From Patescibacteria group bacterium (GTDB lineage: Bacteria; Patescibacteriota; Patescibacteriia; UBA9934): a stretch of DNA of 64,000 bases. The position numbers and the translations under genes were made by a program. The notes under the pieces are model-generated. The model did no database searches and was not told where the DNA came from. It worked only from the letters and a program-made list of their open reading frames with translations. This document shows positions 12,551 to 22,931 of this stretch, one piece after another. How positions within the stretch are numbered: position 1 is the stretch's first letter; each line of letters begins with the position of its first letter. The stretch is from contig JBAYHI010000002.1 of NCBI GenBank assembly GCA_041666205.1, positions 725 to 64,724 of the forward strand. Reading direction: 5' to 3'.

Positions 12551-13381
12551 GTGCCAATACTTCCTCGCACAAATACGCTCCAATTTCGTCGAATCATTCA
12601 AGTCGCGGTCGGAGTATTTGCCGTCATTTTTTTGATTGTCTTGTACGCGTTCGTGCCCCGATTTCAGCGTGCGGTATCGGGTACGGGTGCGCGTCTTACA
12701 GCCATTGGCACAGGCTTACACGCCGTGTGGGATGGCACGTTTGTTGCAAAAGAACCGCTCATTGCAGAGCGGGATTATTACAAAAATCTATCCGCCTCAC
12801 TTGCAGTTGATGAAGCTTATATTGAACGACTCGAACGTGATTTGGTTGAACTCGAACAATTTCTTTTCTTTACAAAAGGTCATGCAAATCAAAACGTCGT
12901 CATTGCGCGTATCGTGGCTCGCTCACCTGAAGGCGGGTTTGAGCTCTGGGCTGATCGGGGAAGTGAAGACGGGGTAACAGCGCAAATGGCTGTTGCGGTT
13001 GAAGACGGACACCTCATTGGGACGGTGTCAGACGTAGAAGCACATCGATGTAAAATTCGATTGCTCGGCAGTTTTGATAGTCATGTGCCATCAACGATTT
13101 TGGGGCGTGAAAAAACGCTTGGGATGATTGAAGGCCAACACGGCTATGTGCTCACGATGAATTACATTCCGCAAGACGCCACCGTGGCTCAAGGAGACGT
13201 GATTGTGACGTCTGGGCTCGATGGACTGTTTCCGTACGGACTAGTAATCGGGACAGTAAGTTCGGTTTTGAAAAATCCGTCTGACCCATTTCAGACCGCG
13301 CAAGTCCAACCATTCTTTGACGCAAACGAGTATTTAAACGTCATGATTTTACAGGCCGGCGACACGCAATATGCTCAGTGA
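12551..13381 (+). CDS. mreC: Rod shape-determining protein MreC
   Basis: N-terminal TM and coiled coil; GDVIVTSGLDGLFPYGLVIGTV; follows mreB. Confidence 0.9.
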   Translation: MPILPRTNTLQFRRIIQVAVGVFAVIFLIVLYAFVPRFQRAVSGTGARLTAIGTGLHAVWDGTFVAKEPLIAERDYYKNLSASLAVDEAYIERLERDLVELEQFLFFTKGHANQNVVIARIVARSPEGGFELWADRGSEDGVTAQMAVAVEDGHLIGTVSDVEAHRCKIRLLGSFDSHVPSTILGREKTLGMIEGQHGYVLTMNYIPQDATVAQGDVIVTSGLDGLFPYGLVIGTVSSVLKNPSDPFQTAQVQPFFDANEYLNVMILQAGDTQYAQ

Positions 13382-13895
13382 GTTTTTTCTCATTTGTGCT
13401 AGTTTCTTATTGTCACTTGTGCAAGGGACCCTCCTTGTGACGCTTCCCGCGCCCTGGAATGCAATTCCGCTTACGTTCATTGTGGGTGTACTTGTGCTGC
13501 ATCGTCATGGGCCCTGGTCGGGGATATTGTGGTTTTTATCCACGGGCATCTTTTTGCCTCTGCTCGGGTTTAGTGCATTTCCAGCATGGCAATTCGTGCT
13601 CTTTGGGATTCTTGGCGCATTTCTGGTTACACGCATCATTACTACGCGTTCCGTGTATGCGCTTCTGGGGCTCGGGTATCTCTTGTACGGATGTGCCGCG
13701 CTTTTCTCTCTTGGGATATTTGTTTTTGTGGAGCACAATCATCTGGGATACGCCTACGGCGACGTTTGGCCCATTTGCGCAAATGGATTTTGGTGGCTGG
13801 GAATTGGTCTCATTTTTGGATTCGTATTGTCGCGCGGAAGTGCACGGCTATTCCGCTCCCTATTTTTAGTGCGCAAATCTCATGTCAGCGTCTAA
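13371..13895 (+). CDS. mreD: MreD-like membrane protein
   Basis: Highly hydrophobic 174 aa ORF between mreC and mrdA (assignment from synteny). Confidence 0.6.
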   Translation: MLSEFFLICASFLLSLVQGTLLVTLPAPWNAIPLTFIVGVLVLHRHGPWSGILWFLSTGIFLPLLGFSAFPAWQFVLFGILGAFLVTRIITTRSVYALLGLGYLLYGCAALFSLGIFVFVEHNHLGYAYGDVWPICANGFWWLGIGLIFGFVLSRGSARLFRSLFLVRKSHVSV

Positions 13896-15798
13896 TCCTC
13901 ATGAGTTGTTTCCCATCAAACCCGAAGAAGGATTGGGGATTGCCTTATTGCCCGTGGAAGATGATGTTTTTGTAGAAGAAACCTATTCGGATCGGCCCAT
14001 GACTGGAGAAGGATCTGCCAGACAATTCATGGGTTCCATTATTTCTCCAAAACGATTCCGCGCGATTTTTCTGTTTACGGCATGCCTTATGCTTTTGCTT
14101 GTTGGTCGAGCCGGGTATATGCAAATCGCGCGTGGCGGAGCTTATCGCGCACTGGCGGAGGAAAATCGATTTCGTTCGTATGTGATTCCGGCAGAGCGCG
14201 GCATTATCACGGATCGCAACGGGGTGATTCTTGCGAGCAATTATCCAACGTTTCGTCTCATCAGCTCAAAAGAATTACTCCCAAGCGATGAAGGTGAGCG
14301 CCTTTCCATTTTCCAAGCTCTTTCTCAAATTCTAGAGGTCTCTCCAGAACAAATGACTGAGGCATATACAAAGGCGACCTCTTATCAAGAACAAATTCAA
14401 CTCGCGCAAGACATTTCCTACGAAGATGCAATGCGTGTGCTTGCGGGGCGCGATGCATGGAGTGGCGTCACGCTCGAAGTTGATTCAGAACGAACCTATA
14501 CAACCGATCAAGTTCCAACACTTTCACATGTACTTGGATACACCGGCCCTATTAGTTCAGAAGAATATGAGGCGTATGGGAAAGAAAAATCCTATCGACG
14601 CTTCGATCGCGTTGGAAAGATGGGGATTGAATCGTTTTATGAAGATCGTCTTCGAGGGATTGCCGGGGAAGAATTAGTTGAAGTGGACGCACAGGGGCAT
14701 ATGAAGCGGTTTATTTCGCGCACCGATCCCGTGGATGGCGAGAACTTAACACTCTCGATTGATTCGGAGCTACAATCGTCCGTGGAGGCGATTCTTCGCG
14801 CGCGCCTGGCGGGAACGGGAATAGAAAATGCCTCCGTGATTGTGATGAATCCAAAAAATGGGGAAGTGCTTTCGCTTGTTTCCTATCCGGCGTATGACGC
14901 AAATCTATTTGTTCAAGGAATGGATGGCGATACGTACACAGCTCTTTTAGAAGACGATGCAAATCCTTTGTTTCCGCGTGCAACGTCTGGGGAATTTCCA
15001 TCCGGCTCTACGATCAAGCCGACGTTTGCTGCCGCGGCACTGATTGAAGGGGTAATTACGCCCGAAACAACCGTGAGCTCCACGGGCGGGTTATCGATTG
15101 GCCCATGGTTTTTTCCGGATTGGCGTGCGGGCGGTCATGGTCTTACAAATGTTTATCACGCCATTGCAGATTCCGTGAATACATTTTTTTACATGATCGG
15201 CGGAGGGTTTGAGGATTTTAAGGGCCTCGGGATTGAGAGGCTCATGCAGTGGGCTGCGACGTTTGGCTTTGGGTCGCAAAGTGGGATCGATCTCTCTGGG
15301 GAAGCAGATGGATTTTTGCCAAGCCCAGAATGGAAAGAGGACGTAAAAAATGAGGTTTGGTACATTGGAGACACCTATCACGTCGCGATCGGGCAGGGGG
15401 ATTTCTTAGCTACCCCACTTCAAATTGCTCGCTCCACGGCCGTATTCGCCAATGGCGGATTTCTTGTCACCCCGCATTTGCTCATGAGCGTTTCGGGAAA
15501 TGCCACGTCGATTATTTCCACCGACATTGCCGATATCATAAAAACCGCCATGCGCCGCACGATTACGCAGGGAAGCGCCACATCACTACAAAGTTTGCCC
15601 ATTGAGGTCGCTGGAAAAACGGGTACCGCACAATGGTCAACGGTTGAAGATCCACATTCGTGGTTCACCGGGTTTGGCCCATATGACGATCCGCAATTTG
15701 TGGTAACGGTTTTGGTAGAAAAAGGCGGAACCCTTAATCTTGCAACTCCAATTGCGAAAGATATTTTTGAGGCATGCAATAACATTCTCCTTGAGTAA
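13882..15798 (+). CDS. mrdA: Penicillin-binding protein 2
   Basis: RGIITDRNG, STIK (SxxK), SVN (SxN), KTGTAQ. Confidence 0.93.
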   Translation: MSASNPHELFPIKPEEGLGIALLPVEDDVFVEETYSDRPMTGEGSARQFMGSIISPKRFRAIFLFTACLMLLLVGRAGYMQIARGGAYRALAEENRFRSYVIPAERGIITDRNGVILASNYPTFRLISSKELLPSDEGERLSIFQALSQILEVSPEQMTEAYTKATSYQEQIQLAQDISYEDAMRVLAGRDAWSGVTLEVDSERTYTTDQVPTLSHVLGYTGPISSEEYEAYGKEKSYRRFDRVGKMGIESFYEDRLRGIAGEELVEVDAQGHMKRFISRTDPVDGENLTLSIDSELQSSVEAILRARLAGTGIENASVIVMNPKNGEVLSLVSYPAYDANLFVQGMDGDTYTALLEDDANPLFPRATSGEFPSGSTIKPTFAAAALIEGVITPETTVSSTGGLSIGPWFFPDWRAGGHGLTNVYHAIADSVNTFFYMIGGGFEDFKGLGIERLMQWAATFGFGSQSGIDLSGEADGFLPSPEWKEDVKNEVWYIGDTYHVAIGQGDFLATPLQIARSTAVFANGGFLVTPHLLMSVSGNATSIISTDIADIIKTAMRRTITQGSATSLQSLPIEVAGKTGTAQWSTVEDPHSWFTGFGPYDDPQFVVTVLVEKGGTLNLATPIAKDIFEACNNILLE

Positions 15799-15851
15799 AA
15801 ATCTGGGGATATCTTCGCTAAGATGCGACGAATGTTCGTTATAATACAGTC

Positions 15852-18800
15852 ATGAAGCGGAGGTGTTGTATTCCAAAAGTGTACTTCTTTTTATGCTTCG
15901 CGGCATTTCTTGCATCGATCTTGTATTTGGATTGGAATGCGAGCACGAGCACATTGCCCTTTTTCGATCAGGATGCAGGAATGGAGATTGTTTTGGAATC
16001 CCAAGAAAAGCGAATTTCTCAGTTTGGTTCGCTCACGGGAATTTCAAATTTTATTGATCCGGTTTACGGCACCAGCCCGGTGACAGAGTTCGTCCATTTC
16101 GATGGAGAAGCATCCGATAACTGGACTGGGTTTAGCGCAAAGATGATGGATTTTAATGATGATGGCGATGAGGATCTAATAATCGGTGCGATCTCTGAGG
16201 GTACCGTAGGTGCAGAAGTCGGTGCAATCTACATGTTCTATGGAGACGGTTCTGCCTGGATATCCATGTCTGTAGCAGATGCGGATGTAAAAATTACTGG
16301 AGCATCGGATACGAGCGGGGTCGCATATACGGGAAAGGAAATTATCAATGCGGGCGATGTGGATGGGGATGGCGCAGATGATTTATTATTTGGAGCTGAA
16401 CGCGGCGAAGGGAACAGCATTTTGGATAACGGGCTGACATTTTTAGTTTATGGCGGTCAAGCGTTAAGCGGCACGTATAGCGCAGACAATATTGGGACCA
16501 CGATTGCTGGTGCCACATTTTATGGCACATCTGCGCAAGAACAATCCGGTTCGCGGTTATCTGCTGGAGATTTTGATAATGATGGATATAATGATCTACT
16601 TGTCAGTGCAATTTTAGAAAGTACAACATTGTCGCAACGCGGTGCTGCATACTTAATTTATGGCGACGCAGTACGTTTATCGGGCGTGAATGCACTTGCA
16701 AATGTGGGTGGCACAATTGCGGGCGTTACATTTAGAGGTGCGGCAGCTGGTGATCGTCTCGGAAAAGGCGTGCGCATGATTGATGTGGATGGGGATGGGT
16801 ATGATGATATTCTTGCAAGTTCAACGCTCGCGCATTATGGGGGCACGGCTGATGTAGGCGTAACATATCTCATTTATGGAAATCAGGCGCTGGTGAGCCC
16901 AGTGGACGTTTCAAACGTTGGCGGGAGCGTTACGGGTGCATCATTTTATGGAGAGGTTGTAAATGATTCTTCCGGCAACGATATTATGGGTGGGTTTTAT
17001 AACGAGGATGCCTTTGGCGATTTCAGTATTTTTGCAAACCTCGCGGATAATGGCGCGATTGCCAATACCGGTGCCTCGTATTTGATTTTTGGTTCCGCAA
17101 CACGTTTTACGGGTGCCAATGCGCTCAGTGGAGTTGGTTCGACGATTTCTGGATTGAAATTTATCGGGGAAGGGGAAAGTGATCGATTCGGAAATTATTT
17201 CACTGCCGCGGATATCAACAATGATGGCCTCAATGAATATATCGTGACCGCAACCTCAAACGACAATGGCGGGGCTATTACAGATAGCTACGGGGCGATG
17301 TACGTTGTTTATCGCAATCAAGTGCTCACGAGTCCGATTCTTGCCTCAACCATTGGCACATCCGTGAATGGGGTGAAATTTGTCGGGGAAGAGCTTGGGG
17401 GACTTTTGGGATTCGATGTGACACGTGTCGGGGATCTTAATGGGGATGAGTATGAAGAAGTGATGGTGGGTGCCTATAAAGTTGATGTGGGGGCATATAC
17501 CGATGCCGGAAAAGTTTATCTGGCGTATTTTTATGTCGACGCGGATCTGGACAGTTACCCGGGAACTGCAGGTGTGTTTGACGGGACAGATAAAGACGAT
17601 GCCGATCCGCTGGTGCTTGATAGTTGGCACCCAACCGTCGCGGCGGTAAGTGGCGTTGAGGCGACCAATGGAACAAACCTTGTTACGGTTCAATTCACAT
17701 TAGATGATGCAGACGACGATGATACGTGCTCGGCAAAAGTTGAATATAGCATCGACGGAGGCTCTACCTGGGCCAAGGCAACGCTGAGCGAAGTCGGTGC
17801 TGATACGACCGCGACTTATGGAGATCCAACCGTGGAAAATGACGGCACGTATCAGATTGGAATCGTTGACGCCTACATCACGACGTCCACGGGCGCAAAT
17901 ACGGTGACGACAATTTGGAATGCTGGAACCGACGCGCCAAATACGGAAGTCTCAAATGCGCAGCTTCGTATTACTCCGTACGACAATACGATGCCTGGTA
18001 CTGCGGTTGCTTCATCGAATTTTATCATCGATACAAAATCCCCTGCCGGGCTTGCAACGCTCACGCGAGGCGCTGTTGCATGGAATTCCCTCACGCCAGC
18101 ATGGGATGTTGCCACGGATCTCAATTTCGATCACTACGAATTGTGGTACGGGCAAACGCAATCCGATGTTGATGGCCGCACGGGAACCGCACTTGAGTGG
18201 GATGGAGATAATGATGCAAATCTTTCGACTGCGACAACGGGTGTAAGTTTGATATCAGGGTTGTCGCCTCTCACGCATTATTTCGTCGCATTAGTTGCGC
18301 TCGATACATTTGGTCATGAATCGAGCGTGTCTTCCGTTGACATGCCCACGATCAAGAAATCTGAAAGTTTGGTGACGGCGAGTCCGGGCGGGAGTGCGGT
18401 TATTTCAGGAACCATTGAATCATTTTTGATCACACAGGCCCGATTCCCTGAATCCTCAACGATCCAAGAGGAAACGCTTACGCATTTTTCTTGGACGTCC
18501 ACAGGTGAGGTGCCATTCATGAATTTGTATTATTCGCTCGATGAAGGCGAGACGTATACAAAAATTGTTGGACCAACCTTGGCAACCGGCTCCTACGATT
18601 GGACTACGCCCAAAGCACTCGACGCGACCGCGATTCTTTTTAAACTTGAGGCAACGGATTTAGCCACAATTTTAGACATGGAGACAACGAAAAAAGCCTT
18701 GGGCGTCATGCGTCCGATCGTTGGTGAATCTCCAATTACGGGCAAGCCTCAGCAAATCACTGAGGTATTTCCAGGTGAGACGATTCGTAGCGAATCATTT

Positions 18801-19220
18801 TCGGGTATTTATCTCGTGACCGATGCATACGAGCGCCGTGTATTCCTCAATGAGGAAACGTATTTCACTTGGGCAGATTCACTGGATAGGTTAAAAGTCG
18901 TGTCAGATGCCACGCTTGCATCGCTCCCGTTGGTTGGGCGCGTGCTTCCAAAACCGGGTGTGGTGCTTGTGAAGGTTCCATTTGCCCCTGAGGTCTATGC
19001 GATTGTGGAAAATTCCGATGATCCATTCCGTCCGCTCTTCCGTTGGATTTCAAGTGAGCAGGCTGCTAAAGATTTATTCGGGTCAGATTGGGCACAGTAC
19101 GTGATGGATATTCCGTTTGACGGGTTCCGACTTTTCGGAGTTGGAGATCCCATCACCGGGGTAATTGATTATACAGCAGACATGACGCAAATGAAGAAAC
19201 GTACCACATTGCACGAATAA
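15852..19220 (+). CDS. Large secreted FG-GAP/integrin-alpha repeat protein with Ig/FN3-like domains and a C-terminal repeat module
   Basis: Repeated D(F/V)(N/D)GDGxDD(L/I)...GAxYLxYG units; LSPLTHYFVALVALDTFGHES FN3-like segment; N-terminal hydrophobic signal. Confidence 0.85.
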   Translation: MKRRCCIPKVYFFLCFAAFLASILYLDWNASTSTLPFFDQDAGMEIVLESQEKRISQFGSLTGISNFIDPVYGTSPVTEFVHFDGEASDNWTGFSAKMMDFNDDGDEDLIIGAISEGTVGAEVGAIYMFYGDGSAWISMSVADADVKITGASDTSGVAYTGKEIINAGDVDGDGADDLLFGAERGEGNSILDNGLTFLVYGGQALSGTYSADNIGTTIAGATFYGTSAQEQSGSRLSAGDFDNDGYNDLLVSAILESTTLSQRGAAYLIYGDAVRLSGVNALANVGGTIAGVTFRGAAAGDRLGKGVRMIDVDGDGYDDILASSTLAHYGGTADVGVTYLIYGNQALVSPVDVSNVGGSVTGASFYGEVVNDSSGNDIMGGFYNEDAFGDFSIFANLADNGAIANTGASYLIFGSATRFTGANALSGVGSTISGLKFIGEGESDRFGNYFTAADINNDGLNEYIVTATSNDNGGAITDSYGAMYVVYRNQVLTSPILASTIGTSVNGVKFVGEELGGLLGFDVTRVGDLNGDEYEEVMVGAYKVDVGAYTDAGKVYLAYFYVDADLDSYPGTAGVFDGTDKDDADPLVLDSWHPTVAAVSGVEATNGTNLVTVQFTLDDADDDDTCSAKVEYSIDGGSTWAKATLSEVGADTTATYGDPTVENDGTYQIGIVDAYITTSTGANTVTTIWNAGTDAPNTEVSNAQLRITPYDNTMPGTAVASSNFIIDTKSPAGLATLTRGAVAWNSLTPAWDVATDLNFDHYELWYGQTQSDVDGRTGTALEWDGDNDANLSTATTGVSLISGLSPLTHYFVALVALDTFGHESSVSSVDMPTIKKSESLVTASPGGSAVISGTIESFLITQARFPESSTIQEETLTHFSWTSTGEVPFMNLYYSLDEGETYTKIVGPTLATGSYDWTTPKALDATAILFKLEATDLATILDMETTKKALGVMRPIVGESPITGKPQQITEVFPGETIRSESFSGIYLVTDAYERRVFLNEETYFTWADSLDRLKVVSDATLASLPLVGRVLPKPGVVLVKVPFAPEVYAIVENSDDPFRPLFRWISSEQAAKDLFGSDWAQYVMDIPFDGFRLFGVGDPITGVIDYTADMTQMKKRTTLHE

Positions 19221-19309
19221 TTATGATGGAGTTGACGATTCCGTAGGGGCTGTTATGATAGGAGAAACACCGCCTGAACGGCGGGTTTCTTTCGTCAATA
19301 AATTGATGT

Positions 19310-19774
19310 ATGGCAGAAGTGTATTATGTGTCCAAAGCAGGGATGGAAAAACTCCAAACCGAACTGGAATATCGTTCCGGGGTTTATCGTAAGCAAATTT
19401 CCGAAAAAATCGGCACAGCCAAAGAGCAAGGCGACTTGTCGGAAAATTTTGAATATCAAGAAGCAAAAGAAGAACAAGCTCAAAACGAAACACGCATTAT
19501 TGAGATTCGCGACATGATGGCTCGTTCGGTGCTCGTGGAAGAACGTGCCGGAGAGGGGATTATTCATCTTGGCACGCGTTTTTCCGTTGAGCTTCCAGGC
19601 GGGTCCCAAAAAGATTTTCAAATTGTTGGCGCAACGGAAAGCGATCCGATGCAAGGAAAAATCAGCAATGAATCTCCGCTCGGGAATGCCTTCCTTGGCA
19701 AGCATCCCAACGAAGTAGTAGAGCTCGATTTGCCGTCCGGAACAGTTGGGTACAAAATTATTTCCATTTTATGA
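19310..19774 (+). CDS. greA: Transcription elongation factor GreA
   Basis: GDLSENFEYQEAK, ISNESPLGNAFLGK. Confidence 0.96.
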   Translation: MAEVYYVSKAGMEKLQTELEYRSGVYRKQISEKIGTAKEQGDLSENFEYQEAKEEQAQNETRIIEIRDMMARSVLVEERAGEGIIHLGTRFSVELPGGSQKDFQIVGATESDPMQGKISNESPLGNAFLGKHPNEVVELDLPSGTVGYKIISIL

Positions 19775-21264
19775 TTTCTGAGGAGATCGTGCGACGTGAA
19801 CGATTAACTGCGATTCGTGCTGCCGATGTAGAGCCATACCCAGCCGAGAGTCATCGCACCATGATGGCGCAAGCGGTCCTTGATGCATTTGATGAACTCG
19901 TTGCAAACGGGAAAGAAGTCATTTTATGTGGACGCATTCGCGCGATTCGAAAGCACGGCGGGCTCACATTTCTGGAGTTGCAAGATGAGAGTAATACCAT
20001 GCAAATTGTTTTGCGTCGTGACGATTTGGGGATTGAGCCCTATGAAGCGTTTCATCGTCTTGCCGATATAGGGGATTTCTATGAAGTCATGGGTGCTGCG
20101 TATCTCACCAATCGCGGGGAAAAATCCGTGCTCGTCACCAATACGCGATTGCTCACAAAAACGCTCTTACCATTGCCGGAAAAATTCCACGGGCTTCAAG
20201 ATACAGAAAAACGCTATCGCTATCGCTACCTCGATTTACTTACAAACCCGGAGGCAAAACGCATGGCCCTGATGCGATCACGCATGGTTGCCTGCATTCG
20301 TCGCTTCTTGGAAGAGGAAGGATTTTTGGAAGTGGAAACGCCCATTTTGCAAGCTATTGCAGGGGGTGCAAATGCACGTCCATTCAAAACGCGTCACAAT
20401 ACGCTTCACCACGATTTTTATTTGCGCATTGCGCCTGAGCTTTATTTGAAGCGATTGCTTGTTGGCGGATTTGAAAAAATCTATGAATATGCGCGCTGTT
20501 TCCGCAATGAAGGGGTGAGCCAGCAACATAATCCCGAATTTACGCAGATTGAATTGTATTGGGCATACGCAAATATCGAGGGACTTATGGCGCATTTGGA
20601 GCGCTTATTGCAACGGGTGAACAAGGAGATTCTTGAGGAAAAACCCATGCAGTTTGGCGATCAAGCGGTTTCGTTTTCTTTTCCACTTCCGCGTACGTCT
20701 TTCCACGATTTAGTAGAAAAGCATACGGGAATCGATGTCGATTTGTTTGATACAGAAGATAAATTGCGCGAGGAGATCGAGCGCATCGGGCTCCGTACCG
20801 AGGGAGTGATTGGGGTGGGGGATTTGCTTGATCATCTGTACAAAGAGCGCGTGCGTCCAAAGATTATTGCCCCGCAATTTGTGATTGATTATCCAATTGC
20901 GCTCAAGCCCTTGGCAAAAGCGCGTGCAGATAAACGCTATAGCTCGTGTGCACAACTGCTCATCAATGGCATGGAAGTCTGGAATGCCTTCAATGAGCTC
21001 AACGACCCCCTTGAACAAGAAGAACGATTCCGCGAGCAAGAAGCCTTGCGTGAGCGTGGAAGCGAAGATGCACAACGCGTGGATGAGGATTTCTTGAATG
21101 CACTGAAACATGGTATGCCTCCGGCAGCTGGCTATGGATTGGGGATTGATCGCCTGGCCATGCTCCTTTGTGGCGCGGATAATTTAAAAGAAGTCATTCT
21201 ATTTCCAACACTCAAGCCTTCTGATAACCTACTAGAGCATGAGGATGCACAATCTCCAATGTAA
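19771..21264 (+). CDS. lysS: Lysine--tRNA ligase
   Basis: LPEKFHGL, YLRIAPELYLKRL, FRNEG, HNPEFT, GMPPAAGYGLGIDRL. Confidence 0.98.
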   Translation: MISEEIVRRERLTAIRAADVEPYPAESHRTMMAQAVLDAFDELVANGKEVILCGRIRAIRKHGGLTFLELQDESNTMQIVLRRDDLGIEPYEAFHRLADIGDFYEVMGAAYLTNRGEKSVLVTNTRLLTKTLLPLPEKFHGLQDTEKRYRYRYLDLLTNPEAKRMALMRSRMVACIRRFLEEEGFLEVETPILQAIAGGANARPFKTRHNTLHHDFYLRIAPELYLKRLLVGGFEKIYEYARCFRNEGVSQQHNPEFTQIELYWAYANIEGLMAHLERLLQRVNKEILEEKPMQFGDQAVSFSFPLPRTSFHDLVEKHTGIDVDLFDTEDKLREEIERIGLRTEGVIGVGDLLDHLYKERVRPKIIAPQFVIDYPIALKPLAKARADKRYSSCAQLLINGMEVWNAFNELNDPLEQEERFREQEALRERGSEDAQRVDEDFLNALKHGMPPAAGYGLGIDRLAMLLCGADNLKEVILFPTLKPSDNLLEHEDAQSPM

Positions 21265-21694
21265 GGTGTTCGTATTTGGCGTGTTCGATCTTTTTCATCC
21301 GGGACACGTGGCATTTTTGCGTGAAGCGCGCCAGCATGGAGAACATCTTATTGTAAATTTAACGCAAGATTCGGTCGTAGAGGAGCTCAAGGGCATGCCA
21401 CCCGTTCATTCGTGGGATGAACGACATGCGATTCTGATGCAATCCGGACTTGTGGATGAAATCGTCGCGGGCGATAAAATGCGCGGCATGTTTTCGCAGG
21501 TGGTTGCCACGCGTCCGGATGTCATTGCGTTCGGCTATGACCAAGGTGCCCTGCAAGTGGCGGTTGAAGCTTGGATCAAGCGGTATGCTTTCAACATTCG
21601 CACAGTGAGACTCGCCCCCTATAAACAAGACCAATACAAATCATCAATCTTAAGAGCGACCTATGATCGATCTAAAAATACTTCGGGAACATAG
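21245..21694 (+). CDS. Cytidylyltransferase-family protein (RibL/FAD synthase-like)
   Basis: GVFDLFHPGH (HxGH), PDVIAFGYDQ, KSS. Confidence 0.8.
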   Translation: MHNLQCKVFVFGVFDLFHPGHVAFLREARQHGEHLIVNLTQDSVVEELKGMPPVHSWDERHAILMQSGLVDEIVAGDKMRGMFSQVVATRPDVIAFGYDQGALQVAVEAWIKRYAFNIRTVRLAPYKQDQYKSSILRATYDRSKNTSGT

Positions 21695-22928
21695 TAAAGA
21701 GCTGGTGGATGCCGCGGCGTCTAAAGGTGTTGAAATCGATATCGACAAGCTCTTGTCGCTCGATCGCAGTGTGCGTTCGCTCGAAAAAGAAATCGAGGCG
21801 ATTGCCGCGCAGAAAAATGAAGCGGGAAAGCAAATTGCTACGGCCGATGAGAAGGACCGCAGAAAAATGATCGAGGACATGCGCACCATCGATCGCAAAG
21901 AAGAAGAACTGCGCGCAGAGCTCACGCCAAAACAAGACGAGCTCCAGGACTTACTGTACCGCATTCCAAATCCTCCCTGCGACGACGTCACACGCGATAC
22001 GGATGCAAGCCACAATGAAGTGATCCGCACCGTAGGTGAGATCCCAGCGTTTACGTTTGCGCCTCGCGATCATATGGAGTTGGGCGATGCGCTTGGCATC
22101 ATTGACATTGATCGTGCGGCAAAGGTGAGCGGCGCACGCTTCACGTATTTGAAAGGCGATGGCGCCTTGCTTGAATTTGCGCTTTTGCAATACGGGCTTT
22201 CTGTCATTATGAAACATGGATTTGTACCCGTACTCGTTCCGCACCTCATTACGGCCAATTCTATGCGCGCCATGGGCTATTTGGAGCACGGCGGACACGA
22301 TGAAATCTACTATCTGCAAAAAGACAATTTGTATTTGATCGGCACGGCCGAGCAAGCGATTGGCCCGATGCATCAGGACGAAATTTTAGATCTTTCTCAG
22401 CCGATTCGCTATGTTGGATTCTCTCCATGCTATCGACGCGAGTCTGGATCGTACGGAAAAGATACCAAGGGTATTTTGCGCATGCATCAATTTGAAAAAC
22501 TGGAGATGTTTAGCTTCACGACGCCTGAAACATCCGACGCCGAGCATGAACTGATTTTATCGATTGAAGAGGAACTCATGCAGGGCCTCAAACTTCCATA
22601 TCACGTGATCAAAATGGTGAGTGGCGATTTGGGATTGCCAGCGGCGCGCAAGTACGATATCGAAGCCTGGGTCCCTTCGCAGAATACGTACCGTGAAACC
22701 CATTCCACCTCCACCACAACCGATTTCCAAACGCGACGCCTCAATACCCGTTACCGCACCGAAGACGGAAAAACCGCGATTGCGCACGCCCTCAACGGCA
22801 CCGCGTTTGCGATGGGCAGAACCCTGATTGCGATTCTTGAGAATAATCAACAAGAAGATGGAAGCGTCGTCATTCCAGAAGTGCTCCGGCCGTTCATGGG
22901 CAAAGACATGCTCACACCAAAAAAATAA
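21663..22928 (+). CDS. serS: Serine--tRNA ligase
   Basis: AAKVSGARF, LIGTAE, RRESGSYGKDTKGILRMHQF, HALNGTAFA. Confidence 0.98.
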   Translation: MIDLKILREHSKELVDAAASKGVEIDIDKLLSLDRSVRSLEKEIEAIAAQKNEAGKQIATADEKDRRKMIEDMRTIDRKEEELRAELTPKQDELQDLLYRIPNPPCDDVTRDTDASHNEVIRTVGEIPAFTFAPRDHMELGDALGIIDIDRAAKVSGARFTYLKGDGALLEFALLQYGLSVIMKHGFVPVLVPHLITANSMRAMGYLEHGGHDEIYYLQKDNLYLIGTAEQAIGPMHQDEILDLSQPIRYVGFSPCYRRESGSYGKDTKGILRMHQFEKLEMFSFTTPETSDAEHELILSIEEELMQGLKLPYHVIKMVSGDLGLPAARKYDIEAWVPSQNTYRETHSTSTTTDFQTRRLNTRYRTEDGKTAIAHALNGTAFAMGRTLIAILENNQQEDGSVVIPEVLRPFMGKDMLTPKK

Positions 22929-22931
22929 GTT

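Noticed and set aside
19243-19290. Additional REP after the FG-GAP gene
   Set aside because: The GTAGGGGC tag is not followed by its own palindrome; the nearby hairpin may just be a terminator, so it is not listed as a feature
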